Below are positions 9,944 through 17,530 of a DNA stretch of 64,000 nt, in pieces. A program made the translations under genes and the position numbers. The number at the start of each line of letters is the position of its first letter. Position 1 is the first letter of the stretch. Source of the stretch: a virus; the IMG/VR virus record IMGVR_UViG_3300031616_000001, positions 54,180 through 118,179 of that record; one strand, 5' to 3'. The notes beneath the pieces were generated by a model, which had not been told where the DNA came from, searched no databases, and saw nothing but the letters and a program-made list of their open reading frames with translations.

Positions 9944-10074
9944 TTCCCGATCAATGACGTGCTTTACATGTAGCTCATCTGGTAGAGCAAAAGCCTAAAA
10001 AGCTTTGGGTAGCTGGTTCGATTCCAGTCGTCGCCGCGCAAGCGGTGGTCAAACGCACATCGACTCATCGGGAA
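9944..10074 (+). ncRNA. Y-RNA-like unit A with tRNA-like cargo (anticodon AAA, broken acceptor stem)
   Basis: TTCCCGAT/ATCGGGAA outer stem, CAAT/GACTC loop, TACATG; D arm, anticodon arm AAAGC-CTAAAAA-GCTTT, T arm GCTGG-TTCGATT-CCAGT. Confidence 0.8.
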
Positions 10075-10106
10075 CTGAATTTCAACGCCAGCGGAGGACC
10101 TTGAAC

Positions 10107-10283
10107 ATGCTGCACTACGCCGTCGTCTTTCTCGTCGTCGCGCTCATCTCCGCGATGTTCGGCTTTGCCGGCATCGCAGGCACGGCGGCCCTCGTCGCAA
10201 AGGGGCTGTTCGTCGTGTTCGCGGTTCTCGCGCTCGTGGCGTTTCTCATGGGCCTGCTCGCAGCAGACCGAGACAAGAGTTAA
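10107..10283 (+). CDS. DUF1328 / UPF0391 small membrane protein (YtjA-like)
   Basis: [35 protein letters not shown]. Confidence 0.85.
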   Translation: MLHYAVVFLVVALISAMFGFAGIAGTAALVAKGLFVVFAVLALVAFLMGLLAADRDKS

Positions 10284-10288
10284 AGAGT

Positions 10289-10361
10289 TTCCTGACACGG
10301 CCGGGCATACACGACCTTGCAAAGACCGTCCCGAAAGGGATTGCTCGGCGACTCTCAGGAA
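10289..10361 (+). ncRNA. Y-RNA-like unit B
   Basis: TTCCTGA/TCAGGAA, CACG/GACTC loop, GCCGGGCA/TGCTCGGC, TACACG, GAAA hairpin, trailing AGTTTT. Confidence 0.75.
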
Positions 10362-10379
10362 TCTAGTTTTGAAGGGTTC

Positions 10380-10469
10380 GTGGCCACTGATCGGCCTACA
10401 TGCTTTTGGCGCACGGAAGCGGGCCGCCTAGCGCGGTAGCGCACGAACGAAAGCCGATCGACTCGCCAC
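10380..10469 (+). ncRNA. Y-RNA-like unit C
   Basis: GTGGC/GCCAC, CACT/GACTC loop, GATCGGC/GCCGATC, TACATG, trailing AGTTTT. Confidence 0.75.
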
Positions 10470-10478
10470 ACAGTTTTC

Positions 10479-10600
10479 GTGACTACTGGAATGGCTACAC
10501 GCCTTTTAAGCGGGTTGTCGCAAGTTCGAATCTTGCCGTTCGGTGAAAGCTGAACGTAGCTCAGCGGTAGAGCACCTAAATATCCATTCCGACTCGTCAC
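10479..10600 (+). ncRNA. Y-RNA-like (YrlA-like) unit D with circularly permuted tRNA-Lys(UUU)-like cargo
   Basis: GTGAC/GTCAC, TACT/GACTC, GGAATGG/CCATTCC, TACACG; order is anticodon loop CTTTTAA, T arm, acceptor stem closed by GAAA, D arm. Confidence 0.85.
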
Positions 10601-10616
10601 ACATAGTTTTCAGAGT

Positions 10617-10752
10617 TGCCGCGCACTGTATCTGCATACACGCATCAGAGGAATAGCTCAGCTGGTTAGAGCATCGGGGTCAACCCCGAGGTCGTCGGTT
10701 CGAACCCGACTTCCCCTACCAACCGCAAGGACAGCAGATCGATTTCGCGGCA
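10617..10752 (+). ncRNA. Y-RNA-like unit E enclosing an anticodon-less tRNA (10647-10721, ends ACCA)
   Basis: TGCCGCG/CGCGGCA, CACT/GATTT, TACACG; cloverleaf with TCGGGG-TCAA-CCCCGA in place of the anticodon arm. Confidence 0.8.
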
Positions 10753-10779
10753 TCAATTTTTCGACAGAGGAGAGCACAC

Positions 10780-12246
10780 ATGGAATCTGGACTCACGCGC
10801 AACCGCGTCATCAGCGAACTCACCCGCAGCCCGCACGGCGACCTCGCGCAGTACGCGCCGATTGGCCTGCAGGCGGCCGCTGAGGATCCGAACTTCTTTG
10901 CTCACCTCGTCGCCTGGAACGCCCGCAAGGGCCAGATCCGCGACGCCAAGGTCGCGCTTCCCGTGCTTGCGCTGACGGCTGCCGCGCTGCGGGATGACGT
11001 CGAGCTGCGCGACAACGCGATCGCGCACATCGTCAGCCTGGATCCGCGCAACCTCGTGCGCGCCGTGCGCTTTGCGAAGTCGCAGCCCGTGCAGGAGCGT
11101 CGCCGCGTCTCGCGCGCCGTCGAGCAGTACCTGCGCGAGCGCGAAGCCAACCCCGGCCGCTTCGAGCGCGCCGCGCTGCAGCACCGCGCCTCCATGAAGG
11201 AACTCTACGCGCTGCTGCACATCAAGCCCGGCGAGTACGCGCAGAAGGTGCTCTTTGACGGCGCAAAGGTCGGCGTGTTCGCCGACGTCACACGCCTCAA
11301 GGACCTGGATCCCACGGAAGCCGCGGGCTTGATCATGCGCAAGCGCATCCCGTTCCTGACGGCGATGGGCGCGCTCGGCGTGAAGTCGAAGGACCCGGCC
11401 GTCGTGCAGGCGCTGATCGCCGCCATGACGCCGACGGAACTCGTGACGAACGCGAAGATGCTCGAGCGCCTCGGCGTGAAGACCGACCCAGCGCTACGCG
11501 CTGCCTTCGATGCTGGCCTGATGAAGGCGGCCGACTCCGGCGCGTCCACGCTGAAGACCACGCGCGCCGCTGACGCCATCGGCGGGTCGACGGGCGAGAA
11601 GCTTCGCGGCGTGCAGGAGAAACAGATCGACAAGATCGCCGTCGAAGGCGACTGGTTGATCCTGGCCGACAAGTCGCCTTCGATGCGTGATTCCCTGGAT
11701 GTCGGCCGCAAGATCGCCGACGTGCTCGCGCGCGCCGCGAAGGGCGACGTGCACCTCGTGTGGTTCGACTCGGGGCCGACGTACTTCAACGTCACCGGCA
11801 AAACGTACGACGAGATCATGGAGCTGACGAAGCGCATCACCGTGAGCGGTGGCACGGACATCGGCATTGGCCTCGAATACGCGCTCGAGAAGAAGCTCAT
11901 CGTCGACGGCATTGCAGTCGTCTCGGACGGCGGCGACGGCCGTGCCGGTGGCTTCAGCCGGGCGTATCAGAAGTACAGCGACTTCGCCGGCAAGGACGTG
12001 CCGGTGTACTTCTACAAGCTCGCCGGCGACCCCGACACGTTCACGGATCGCGTGGTGGCCGATGGGATCTCCATGCAGGCCTTCGACCTGCGTGGCGGCG
12101 TGGACTTCTACTCACTGCCTGCTGTCGTGACCACGATGCGCACCAATCGCTTCGGGCTGGCCGAGGAGATCCTCGAGATGCCGCTGCTGCGACTGGCCGA
12201 CGTGCTGCGCAGCAATGTGGTTGCCGCAGAGTTGGTGGCGGCCTGA
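10780..12246 (+). CDS. Ro60/TROVE-like helical domain plus vWA protein
   Basis: Helical N-terminus; C-terminal vWA MIDAS DKSPS, GGTD, VSDG; adjacent to tRNA-like RNAs; strong RBS. Confidence 0.7.
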   Translation: MESGLTRNRVISELTRSPHGDLAQYAPIGLQAAAEDPNFFAHLVAWNARKGQIRDAKVALPVLALTAAALRDDVELRDNAIAHIVSLDPRNLVRAVRFAKSQPVQERRRVSRAVEQYLREREANPGRFERAALQHRASMKELYALLHIKPGEYAQKVLFDGAKVGVFADVTRLKDLDPTEAAGLIMRKRIPFLTAMGALGVKSKDPAVVQALIAAMTPTELVTNAKMLERLGVKTDPALRAAFDAGLMKAADSGASTLKTTRAADAIGGSTGEKLRGVQEKQIDKIAVEGDWLILADKSPSMRDSLDVGRKIADVLARAAKGDVHLVWFDSGPTYFNVTGKTYDEIMELTKRITVSGGTDIGIGLEYALEKKLIVDGIAVVSDGGDGRAGGFSRAYQKYSDFAGKDVPVYFYKLAGDPDTFTDRVVADGISMQAFDLRGGVDFYSLPAVVTTMRTNRFGLAEEILEMPLLRLADVLRSNVVAAELVAA

Positions 12247-12336
12247 TGCCGATGACGGGTCAACTCAGCGACCCGCAGAAGATGCGCGAGTTCATCAACG
12301 GCTTCAACTGAAGCTGCAACCAGAGAGGAAAGAGGA

Positions 12337-12639
12337 ATGTATCTGCAGCAACTCAAGAATCTAAACGTCGAGCGCATCGACGTCGACGAGGCGATCGCGA
12401 TGGCTACCTGGGCGCGTGCGTCGGCGAACGGCTACGACCACTACGGTGTGACGCCGCCGGCCTGGTTGACCGCCGCGATCGAGACGCTCGACGCCGAGAT
12501 CAACCGCCGCCGCCGCGACATCCTGGTCGCACGCAAGCGTGAGATCGAGGCGAACCTGACGCAGCTCCGCACCCGCGAGGAACGGCGTCACGACGCCGAG
12601 GCCGAGCTGGCGCGTCTCAACGATGCCCTCGGCAAGTAA
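12337..12639 (+). CDS. hypothetical coiled-coil protein
   Basis: RBS GAGG; C-terminal coiled coil. Confidence 0.65.
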   Translation: MYLQQLKNLNVERIDVDEAIAMATWARASANGYDHYGVTPPAWLTAAIETLDAEINRRRRDILVARKREIEANLTQLRTREERRHDAEAELARLNDALGK

Positions 12640-12778
12640 GCCAAAACAGGCCACCCCGAAAGAGGTGGCCTGTTTGCATTGCGCCTATCGCTGGCTGCCG
12701 CGCATCACCGGCCGGCAAGCCAAGTGCCCGCAGTGCCAGTCGCGCAAGTGGGACCAGAAGCCGAAGGCAAAACGATGA
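12623..12778 (+). CDS. small zinc-ribbon protein (not in the ORF track)
   Basis: CLHCAYRWLPR...KCPQCQSRKW; its stop overlaps the RlaP ATG. Confidence 0.65.
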   Translation: MPSASKPKQATPKEVACLHCAYRWLPRITGRQAKCPQCQSRKWDQKPKAKR

Positions 12779-13530
12779 AGACCACCATCCTCGAAGCCGT
12801 TGTTGGCTCGACGGTTCACGGTACCGCGGTGAACGATGGTCTCGAGGACCTTGACCTCATGGCCGTCGTCGTCGAAGACCAGAAGACCTTTGCAGGCTTC
12901 AATGCAGCCGACACGTGGGTCAGCCGAACCAAGCCGGTTGGCGTGCGCTCCGAGGCTGGCGATGTGGATCATGTGGCGTATGGTCTGCGCAAGTACCTGA
13001 GCCTGGCACTCAAGGGAAACCCGTCGATCCTGCTTGCGCTCTTCGTGCCCGGAGAGCACGTGCGGGAGATCACACTGTACGGCCACGCCTTGCGCGCGCT
13101 GGCGCCACAGATCGTCAGCAAACAGGCCTACATGCCATTCCGAGGCTACATGCGTCAGCAGCATGAGCGCCTTCTGGGACTTCGCGGCCAGCGCAACATC
13201 ACCCGTCCCGAGCTGGTCGACAAGTACGGCTATGACACGAAGTATGCCGGCCACGTTGTGCGGCTCGGGCTGCAAGGCGAAGAGTTGCTGCAGACTGGCA
13301 GGATCTCGCTACCCATGCGCGACGCCGATCGCCAGCTCGTGCTCAAGGTGCGAACTGGCGGCTTCTCGCTTGCCGAGGCATCGACGCAGATCATCGACGC
13401 TGAGCGGCGGCTGGATGCTGCCTATGCGGCGTCGACATTGCCAGATCGGCCGAACTCGGAATTGGTCGAGCGCTGGATGCTGAAAACCTACCTGCAGCAC
13501 TGGTCGGAAGAATGGAGGATAGGCGGATGA
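12775..13530 (+). CDS. DNA polymerase beta-superfamily nucleotidyltransferase, RlaP/YcgL family
   Basis: GSTVHG...EDLD, YGLRKYLSLALKGNPSIL, YDTKYAGHVVRL. Confidence 0.85.
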   Translation: MKTTILEAVVGSTVHGTAVNDGLEDLDLMAVVVEDQKTFAGFNAADTWVSRTKPVGVRSEAGDVDHVAYGLRKYLSLALKGNPSILLALFVPGEHVREITLYGHALRALAPQIVSKQAYMPFRGYMRQQHERLLGLRGQRNITRPELVDKYGYDTKYAGHVVRLGLQGEELLQTGRISLPMRDADRQLVLKVRTGGFSLAEASTQIIDAERRLDAAYAASTLPDRPNSELVERWMLKTYLQHWSEEWRIGG

Positions 13531-13814
13531 CCTTCGAGCGCCACCGCTTCATGACCAACGCCGACGACTTCAGGCCCGTCAAGTTTCCGCCTCCCGGTCC
13601 CTACTGGTGCAGCGGCTACCGCTTCGACGACGACGAGCCACGGAACAATCACGCTATCGTCATCGCGATCCTGCCGAAGGACGAGCCGCTCGCCACATGG
13701 TGGCCTGACGCCGAAGACGTCGAGACCACCGAAATCGACGTCATCACATTCACCGAACGCTTCCCGCGGCCCACATGGTGGCAGCCGCAACTCACCGTGG
13801 TGCCTCCGACATGA
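13527..13814 (+). CDS. hypothetical protein
   Basis: ATGA-coupled; FPPPGPYWCSG, RFPRPTWW. Confidence 0.6.
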   Translation: MTFERHRFMTNADDFRPVKFPPPGPYWCSGYRFDDDEPRNNHAIVIAILPKDEPLATWWPDAEDVETTEIDVITFTERFPRPTWWQPQLTVVPPT

Positions 13815-14146
13815 GCGTCAGCCTTGCCTGCATCTTCGCGAAGTGGGAGCACTTCCCAGGTCGCGTCCTCGGCTACGAACGTCTCAGCCTGACCTATCAG
13901 GACTACGACCTGTTCGATCGGATCAAGGCAGAAGCCACGCCGATCGACGGCATGCTCATGTCGTACGAGGACGAAGGCATCAAGGATCGATCTGACGACC
14001 CCTACGGGACGCCGTTGACCTTCTTGACTGCCCACCGCTTGGCCAAGCATTTCGATGGCATTGGCATGGAAGCGTGGGATATGGCTGTGCTGGCGTTCGT
14101 GAAGGCGCTGCCGCCATCGACGCGCGTTGTGCTGTGGTGGTCATGA
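13811..14146 (+). CDS. hypothetical protein
   Basis: ATGA-coupled. Confidence 0.6.
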   Translation: MSVSLACIFAKWEHFPGRVLGYERLSLTYQDYDLFDRIKAEATPIDGMLMSYEDEGIKDRSDDPYGTPLTFLTAHRLAKHFDGIGMEAWDMAVLAFVKALPPSTRVVLWWS

Positions 14147-14331
14147 ACTCACGCGACGTCAGCAACCAGGATCTGGTCGGCGTGATGCGCGCGCAGGCGT
14201 GGGAGCGCGCCAAGGGCGAACTGCGGTCGATCCTCGCCGCCTATTTCGATGATCGCAATCGCTTCGACGCCATGGACAAACTGGTCTCGAAATTCGTGAT
14301 AGAGGTCGAAGAAAACGGCCTGGCCGAATGA
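14143..14331 (+). CDS. hypothetical protein
   Basis: ATGA-coupled. Confidence 0.55.
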   Translation: MNSRDVSNQDLVGVMRAQAWERAKGELRSILAAYFDDRNRFDAMDKLVSKFVIEVEENGLAE

Positions 14332-14343
14332 AGGTCTGACCCC

Positions 14344-14757
14344 ATGGATCATTTTGGAATCGGCGCTGCCGTCCGCGCCATGATGCAGATCTACCAGCAC
14401 TCCGCCAGGAGGAGCGGCCGCACGACGTCGCTCGTCGAGAGCGTGAAGGATGGTGATCGGATCGTCTTCTCGGATCGACGCGAGGCCGTGCGCGTGAGGC
14501 GACTATGCGCTGAACGCAAGGCAAGCGTGGAATGCATCGTCATCGATCCACATCATCCGGAGAATCTGTTCGGAAATCACGGGACCTCCGAAGGCCGGAC
14601 GATCTTCGATCACACATGGGTCGAGCAGTTCTACCTGGCGGCGATCGAGCGAGCGCAGGCGGACATCGACCACCTCGAGCGTGAGACATCCGGCTATGGC
14701 GCGGCGCATCGCGAGACGCGCCGGTGTGCTGAAGAACTAATGCGATGGAGACCGTGA
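14344..14757 (+). CDS. hypothetical protein with degenerate P-loop-like segment
   Basis: ARRSGRTT. Confidence 0.55.
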   Translation: MDHFGIGAAVRAMMQIYQHSARRSGRTTSLVESVKDGDRIVFSDRREAVRVRRLCAERKASVECIVIDPHHPENLFGNHGTSEGRTIFDHTWVEQFYLAAIERAQADIDHLERETSGYGAAHRETRRCAEELMRWRP

Positions 14758-14759
14758 TC

Positions 14760-15308
14760 ATGGGACTTAACGTACACGCATACCGGCAGATCAGGAAGCT
14801 GGACGTGCTCTTCGATGCCGACGGGCAGCCCGTGGATCCACTGACACGAGCGCCGGTGGAAGGCGACTACTTCCGAGCGACTGTGAACAGCGACTTCCCG
14901 AGTCAGGCTGAAGGCGTCGAACATCGCGGCGTCTATGCCTTTGCCGACGAAGACCACTTTTGGTCTGGAGGCTATGGGCACTACGGGAGGTGGCGGGAGA
15001 CGCTCGCGAAGTTAGCCGGCTACACGGCGGTTCTACATGAGCGCGTTCCGGGCTTCAAGCCGTCGGAAGTGATGAGCCATACGGTCGGGGCATTTGAGGT
15101 CGAAGACGGCCCGTTCCATGAACTCGTGTGCTTCAGCGACTGTGAAGGCTGTATCGGCACCGTCGTCTCCGCCGAGCTGGCGCGTGACTTCGCCGAATGG
15201 GATGACCGCGCGAAGGCAACGGGCGATGCGTGGTTCTACGAGAAGTACGCCGAGTGGCGGCGCTGCTTTGAGATGGCCGCTGACGGCGGAGCCGTTACGT
15301 TTGGCTGA
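14760..15308 (+). CDS. conserved phage hypothetical protein
   Basis: MGLNVHAY..., FHELVCFSDCEGCIG, AADGGAVTF. Confidence 0.65.
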   Translation: MGLNVHAYRQIRKLDVLFDADGQPVDPLTRAPVEGDYFRATVNSDFPSQAEGVEHRGVYAFADEDHFWSGGYGHYGRWRETLAKLAGYTAVLHERVPGFKPSEVMSHTVGAFEVEDGPFHELVCFSDCEGCIGTVVSAELARDFAEWDDRAKATGDAWFYEKYAEWRRCFEMAADGGAVTFG

Positions 15309-15346
15309 GCGTTGGCGGCGCCGCCGCAAGGCATAAGGAAGGAACG

Positions 15347-15664
15347 ATGAGCTTGTTCCAGTGTGGTCACTGCGGGTGCTGCGAGAATACGGCTTTGGCC
15401 TCCCAAGGCTGCGACGGCTACGCGGAGAGCTTCTTTGACTGGACAGACTTCGAGGACCGCCGTGGGAAGCAGCTTTGCAGCGTATGCGCGCCCACGAAGT
15501 ACAGCGACGGCACGCCCACCGAGTTCGGGTTTTGGCACGGCCGCTTTGATCGCGTGTTTCTGCCGATGGGAGTGTTCCGCACGGCCAAAAACGGCAACCT
15601 GGAGCATACCGAGACAGGTGATCAAGAATTTCGGAAGTACGCCTTGACTGCAGTTAAGGGTTAG
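15347..15664 (+). CDS. hypothetical Cys-rich protein
   Basis: RBS AAGGA; MSLFQCGHCGCCENTA...LCSVC...WHGRF. Confidence 0.65.
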   Translation: MSLFQCGHCGCCENTALASQGCDGYAESFFDWTDFEDRRGKQLCSVCAPTKYSDGTPTEFGFWHGRFDRVFLPMGVFRTAKNGNLEHTETGDQEFRKYALTAVKG

Positions 15665-15706
15665 CCGGACCCTCCAAACGCCGGCGCATGTTGGAGTTAA
15701 AACCCA

Positions 15707-15853
15707 ATGGAAACCGAAGTCACCAAGGCAATCAAAGATTTGGCCGAGAAGGCTGCGGCCGCGCAAGCGCACGAAGCCATGCACTATTCGCAGGCGGCGC
15801 TGAACTTGGCTCATGTTCTGCAGGTCAAGAAAGAAATCGATATGACGAAGTAG
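15707..15853 (+). CDS. small hypothetical protein (not in the ORF track)
   Basis: GGAG RBS; METEVTKAIKDLAEKAA...SQAALNLAH. Confidence 0.55.
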   Translation: METEVTKAIKDLAEKAAAAQAHEAMHYSQAALNLAHVLQVKKEIDMTK

Positions 15854-15903
15854 GCGTAGCAGCCGGCACGCAGGTACTGGTGCCGGCGAGAAAGGACACA
15901 GAC

Positions 15904-16176
15904 ATGACGATGCATATCCGAGTCGACGCATGGGTCGACGAGCACTCCGGCAAGTACGACAACGGCCGCATCGCATGCGGTCTCGAAACGCTCCCGGAAG
16001 GCGACACGGCGGTATTCGAAGCCGACTCCTATGCCTATCACGTCGCCGACTGCCAGCAATGCAACCCCGGTGGTCCCGAGCCCTATGGCACACCGATCTC
16101 GCAACTGAGTGGCCGACCCGGGCACCCTGGGTTCGAGGCGTTCCGCGAGATCGCCGCAAGCTGGGGCCATGAATGA
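15904..16176 (+). CDS. hypothetical protein
   Basis: RBS AAGGA; CQQC. Confidence 0.55.
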   Translation: MTMHIRVDAWVDEHSGKYDNGRIACGLETLPEGDTAVFEADSYAYHVADCQQCNPGGPEPYGTPISQLSGRPGHPGFEAFREIAASWGHE

Positions 16177-16370
16177 GCTACTGGCAAACATTGCTGCTGA
16201 TGTACCCGATATGCGTTGTCGGATACCGGACTGGGTCGTGGACCTACTGGCGTCTTAGGTCCGGAAAGAACAGCGCATCGGCGCCAACCTGGGGCGAGGC
16301 GTTCAGTGCAAGCTGGTACAGCGCAACAGGTGGCGCGATCGCCATGCTTTTGTATCGGCCAGACGCCTAA
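16173..16370 (+). CDS. cassette-associated small membrane protein
   Basis: Stop TAA lies inside GCCTAAC of the attC site. Confidence 0.55.
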   Translation: MSYWQTLLLMYPICVVGYRTGSWTYWRLRSGKNSASAPTWGEAFSASWYSATGGAIAMLLYRPDA

Positions 16371-16422
16371 CGTTTTAGTTCAGCGGCTGCCGAAGGCAGT
16401 CCGCTGGAACGAAGGGTTAGGC
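16365..16422 (-). mobile_element. integron attC site 1
   Basis: Minus strand GCCTAAC-CCTTC-GTTCCAGC...GCTGAAC-TAAAAC-GTTAGGC with canonical unpaired bases. Confidence 0.85.
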
Positions 16423-16451
16423 GCCTGGTTGAGAAGCGAAAGGACCGACGA

Positions 16452-16841
16452 ATGCTGAACATGCTGAAAGACCCAGCGAAGCGCGCCGAGTGGGTGTACG
16501 GCCAGCAGATGGCCACGTGCCCAGCCTGCGGCAGCTACAACATGAAGCCGCAAATGCCGATCAAGCTGGACGTGGCCGGCGACGACACAGTGCCACAACT
16601 TGTGGGCAAATGGGCGCGTGCCACGAAGGCCGGCGCCACGCCGCTGGAAGGCCCGGCCTACTACTGCTGCTGGGACTGCTCCCACAAGGGGCCGGCAGTG
16701 GACTGCACCGGGCGCACCAGCGAGGATGCCCGCCAGGACCGCGCACTGAACGCGGAGATGAAGCGACTGTGGAACGCGCAGACGCCTAACGTGAAGGTAA
16801 GCGGCGACCCGAAGGGGCGTCCGCCTTCACCGTTGGGTTAG
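16452..16841 (+). CDS. cassette Zn-ribbon protein reading through attC
   Basis: RBS AAGGA; CPAC...CWDC. Confidence 0.6.
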   Translation: MLNMLKDPAKRAEWVYGQQMATCPACGSYNMKPQMPIKLDVAGDDTVPQLVGKWARATKAGATPLEGPAYYCCWDCSHKGPAVDCTGRTSEDARQDRALNAEMKRLWNAQTPNVKVSGDPKGRPPSPLG

Positions 16842-16843
16842 GC
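16784..16843 (-). mobile_element. integron attC site 2
   Basis: Minus strand GCCTAAC-CCAAC-GGTGAAGGC...GCTTACC-TTCAC-GTTAGGC. Confidence 0.75.
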
Positions 16844-16866
16844 GCGTGGAACGAAGGCAGAGGACT

Positions 16867-17061
16867 ATGAGCAAGCGAAAACTCAAGAAGGCGATTTTGG
16901 CGGAGGCTCTGGCTGTGTACCGCACGACAGACTTCGGCTGCCGCAGCTTCACGGTAGACGTGACAAACGGGCAATTGGTCTATGTGCATCTGCCGCGTGA
17001 GTACCGGCCGATTGAGACGCTGATGCACCTATGCGCTCAATTGAATGGCGACAGACCGTGA
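16867..17061 (+). CDS. cassette hypothetical protein
   Basis: GAGGA RBS just after the attC. Confidence 0.5.
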   Translation: MSKRKLKKAILAEALAVYRTTDFGCRSFTVDVTNGQLVYVHLPREYRPIETLMHLCAQLNGDRP

Positions 17062-17188
17062 AGCGTCAAGACTGCTGCACTAGCTCAGAAAGCCGCGAGC
17101 CGAAGTACAAGGCGGACGACAGGCAGAGCAGCCGGTTTCTAACCGGAAGGCCCGAGCAGACAGGCTCGCTCGGTGCAGCAGTGTTGAC

Positions 17189-17245
17189 GCCTAACGTTTG
17201 AGATAAGCGGACTGTACTCAGGTCCGCTTGATCGAAGGGTTAGGC
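17189..17245 (-). mobile_element. integron attC site 3
   Basis: Minus strand GCCTAAC-CCTTC-GATCAAGC...GCTTATC-TCAAAC-GTTAGGC. Confidence 0.85.
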
Positions 17246-17269
17246 GTGGTGAACAGAGAGGAAAGAACG

Positions 17270-17530
17270 ATGAAGTGGGAAGACATCAGCTCGCACAGCC
17301 AAGGCGACAAAGAGCGAGTGCCGAACGCATGGCAATTGGATTGCGCAGGAATTCGCTTGCGAGTGCATCGGCACATCTACCATGAGCCAACGGATTGGCT
17401 GCTCAGCGGGGCGCCATGGTTCGATAGGCACAAGCTTGCTTCTCTTGGCGCTGAGGATGCGATGCGTGAGGCGGAGCAATCTTTGCTTAAAAAGATCGCG
17501 GCCGCAAACGCCGCATTGCATGACGCCTAA
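17270..17530 (+). CDS. cassette hypothetical protein
   Basis: GAGG RBS; stop lies in GCCTAAC. Confidence 0.6.
   Translation: MKWEDISSHSQGDKERVPNAWQLDCAGIRLRVHRHIYHEPTDWLLSGAPWFDRHKLASLGAEDAMREAEQSLLKKIAAANAALHDA

Noticed and set aside
9964-10721. Cluster of ordinary phage tRNA genes (Phe, Lys, other)
   Set aside because: None is a canonical tRNA (broken acceptor, permuted order, missing anticodon loop), and each is enclosed in the shared handle stem.
10289-10760. CRISPR array
   Set aside because: The repeats are structural rather than identical direct repeats, spacing is irregular and no cas genes are present.
12644-12675. Simple intergenic terminator
   Set aside because: The hairpin lies within the zinc-ribbon ORF, so it is kept only as a possible conditional terminator.
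16365-17245. Hairpins as terminators or REP elements
   Set aside because: They lack U tracts and fit attC R/L box geometry with unpaired bases.
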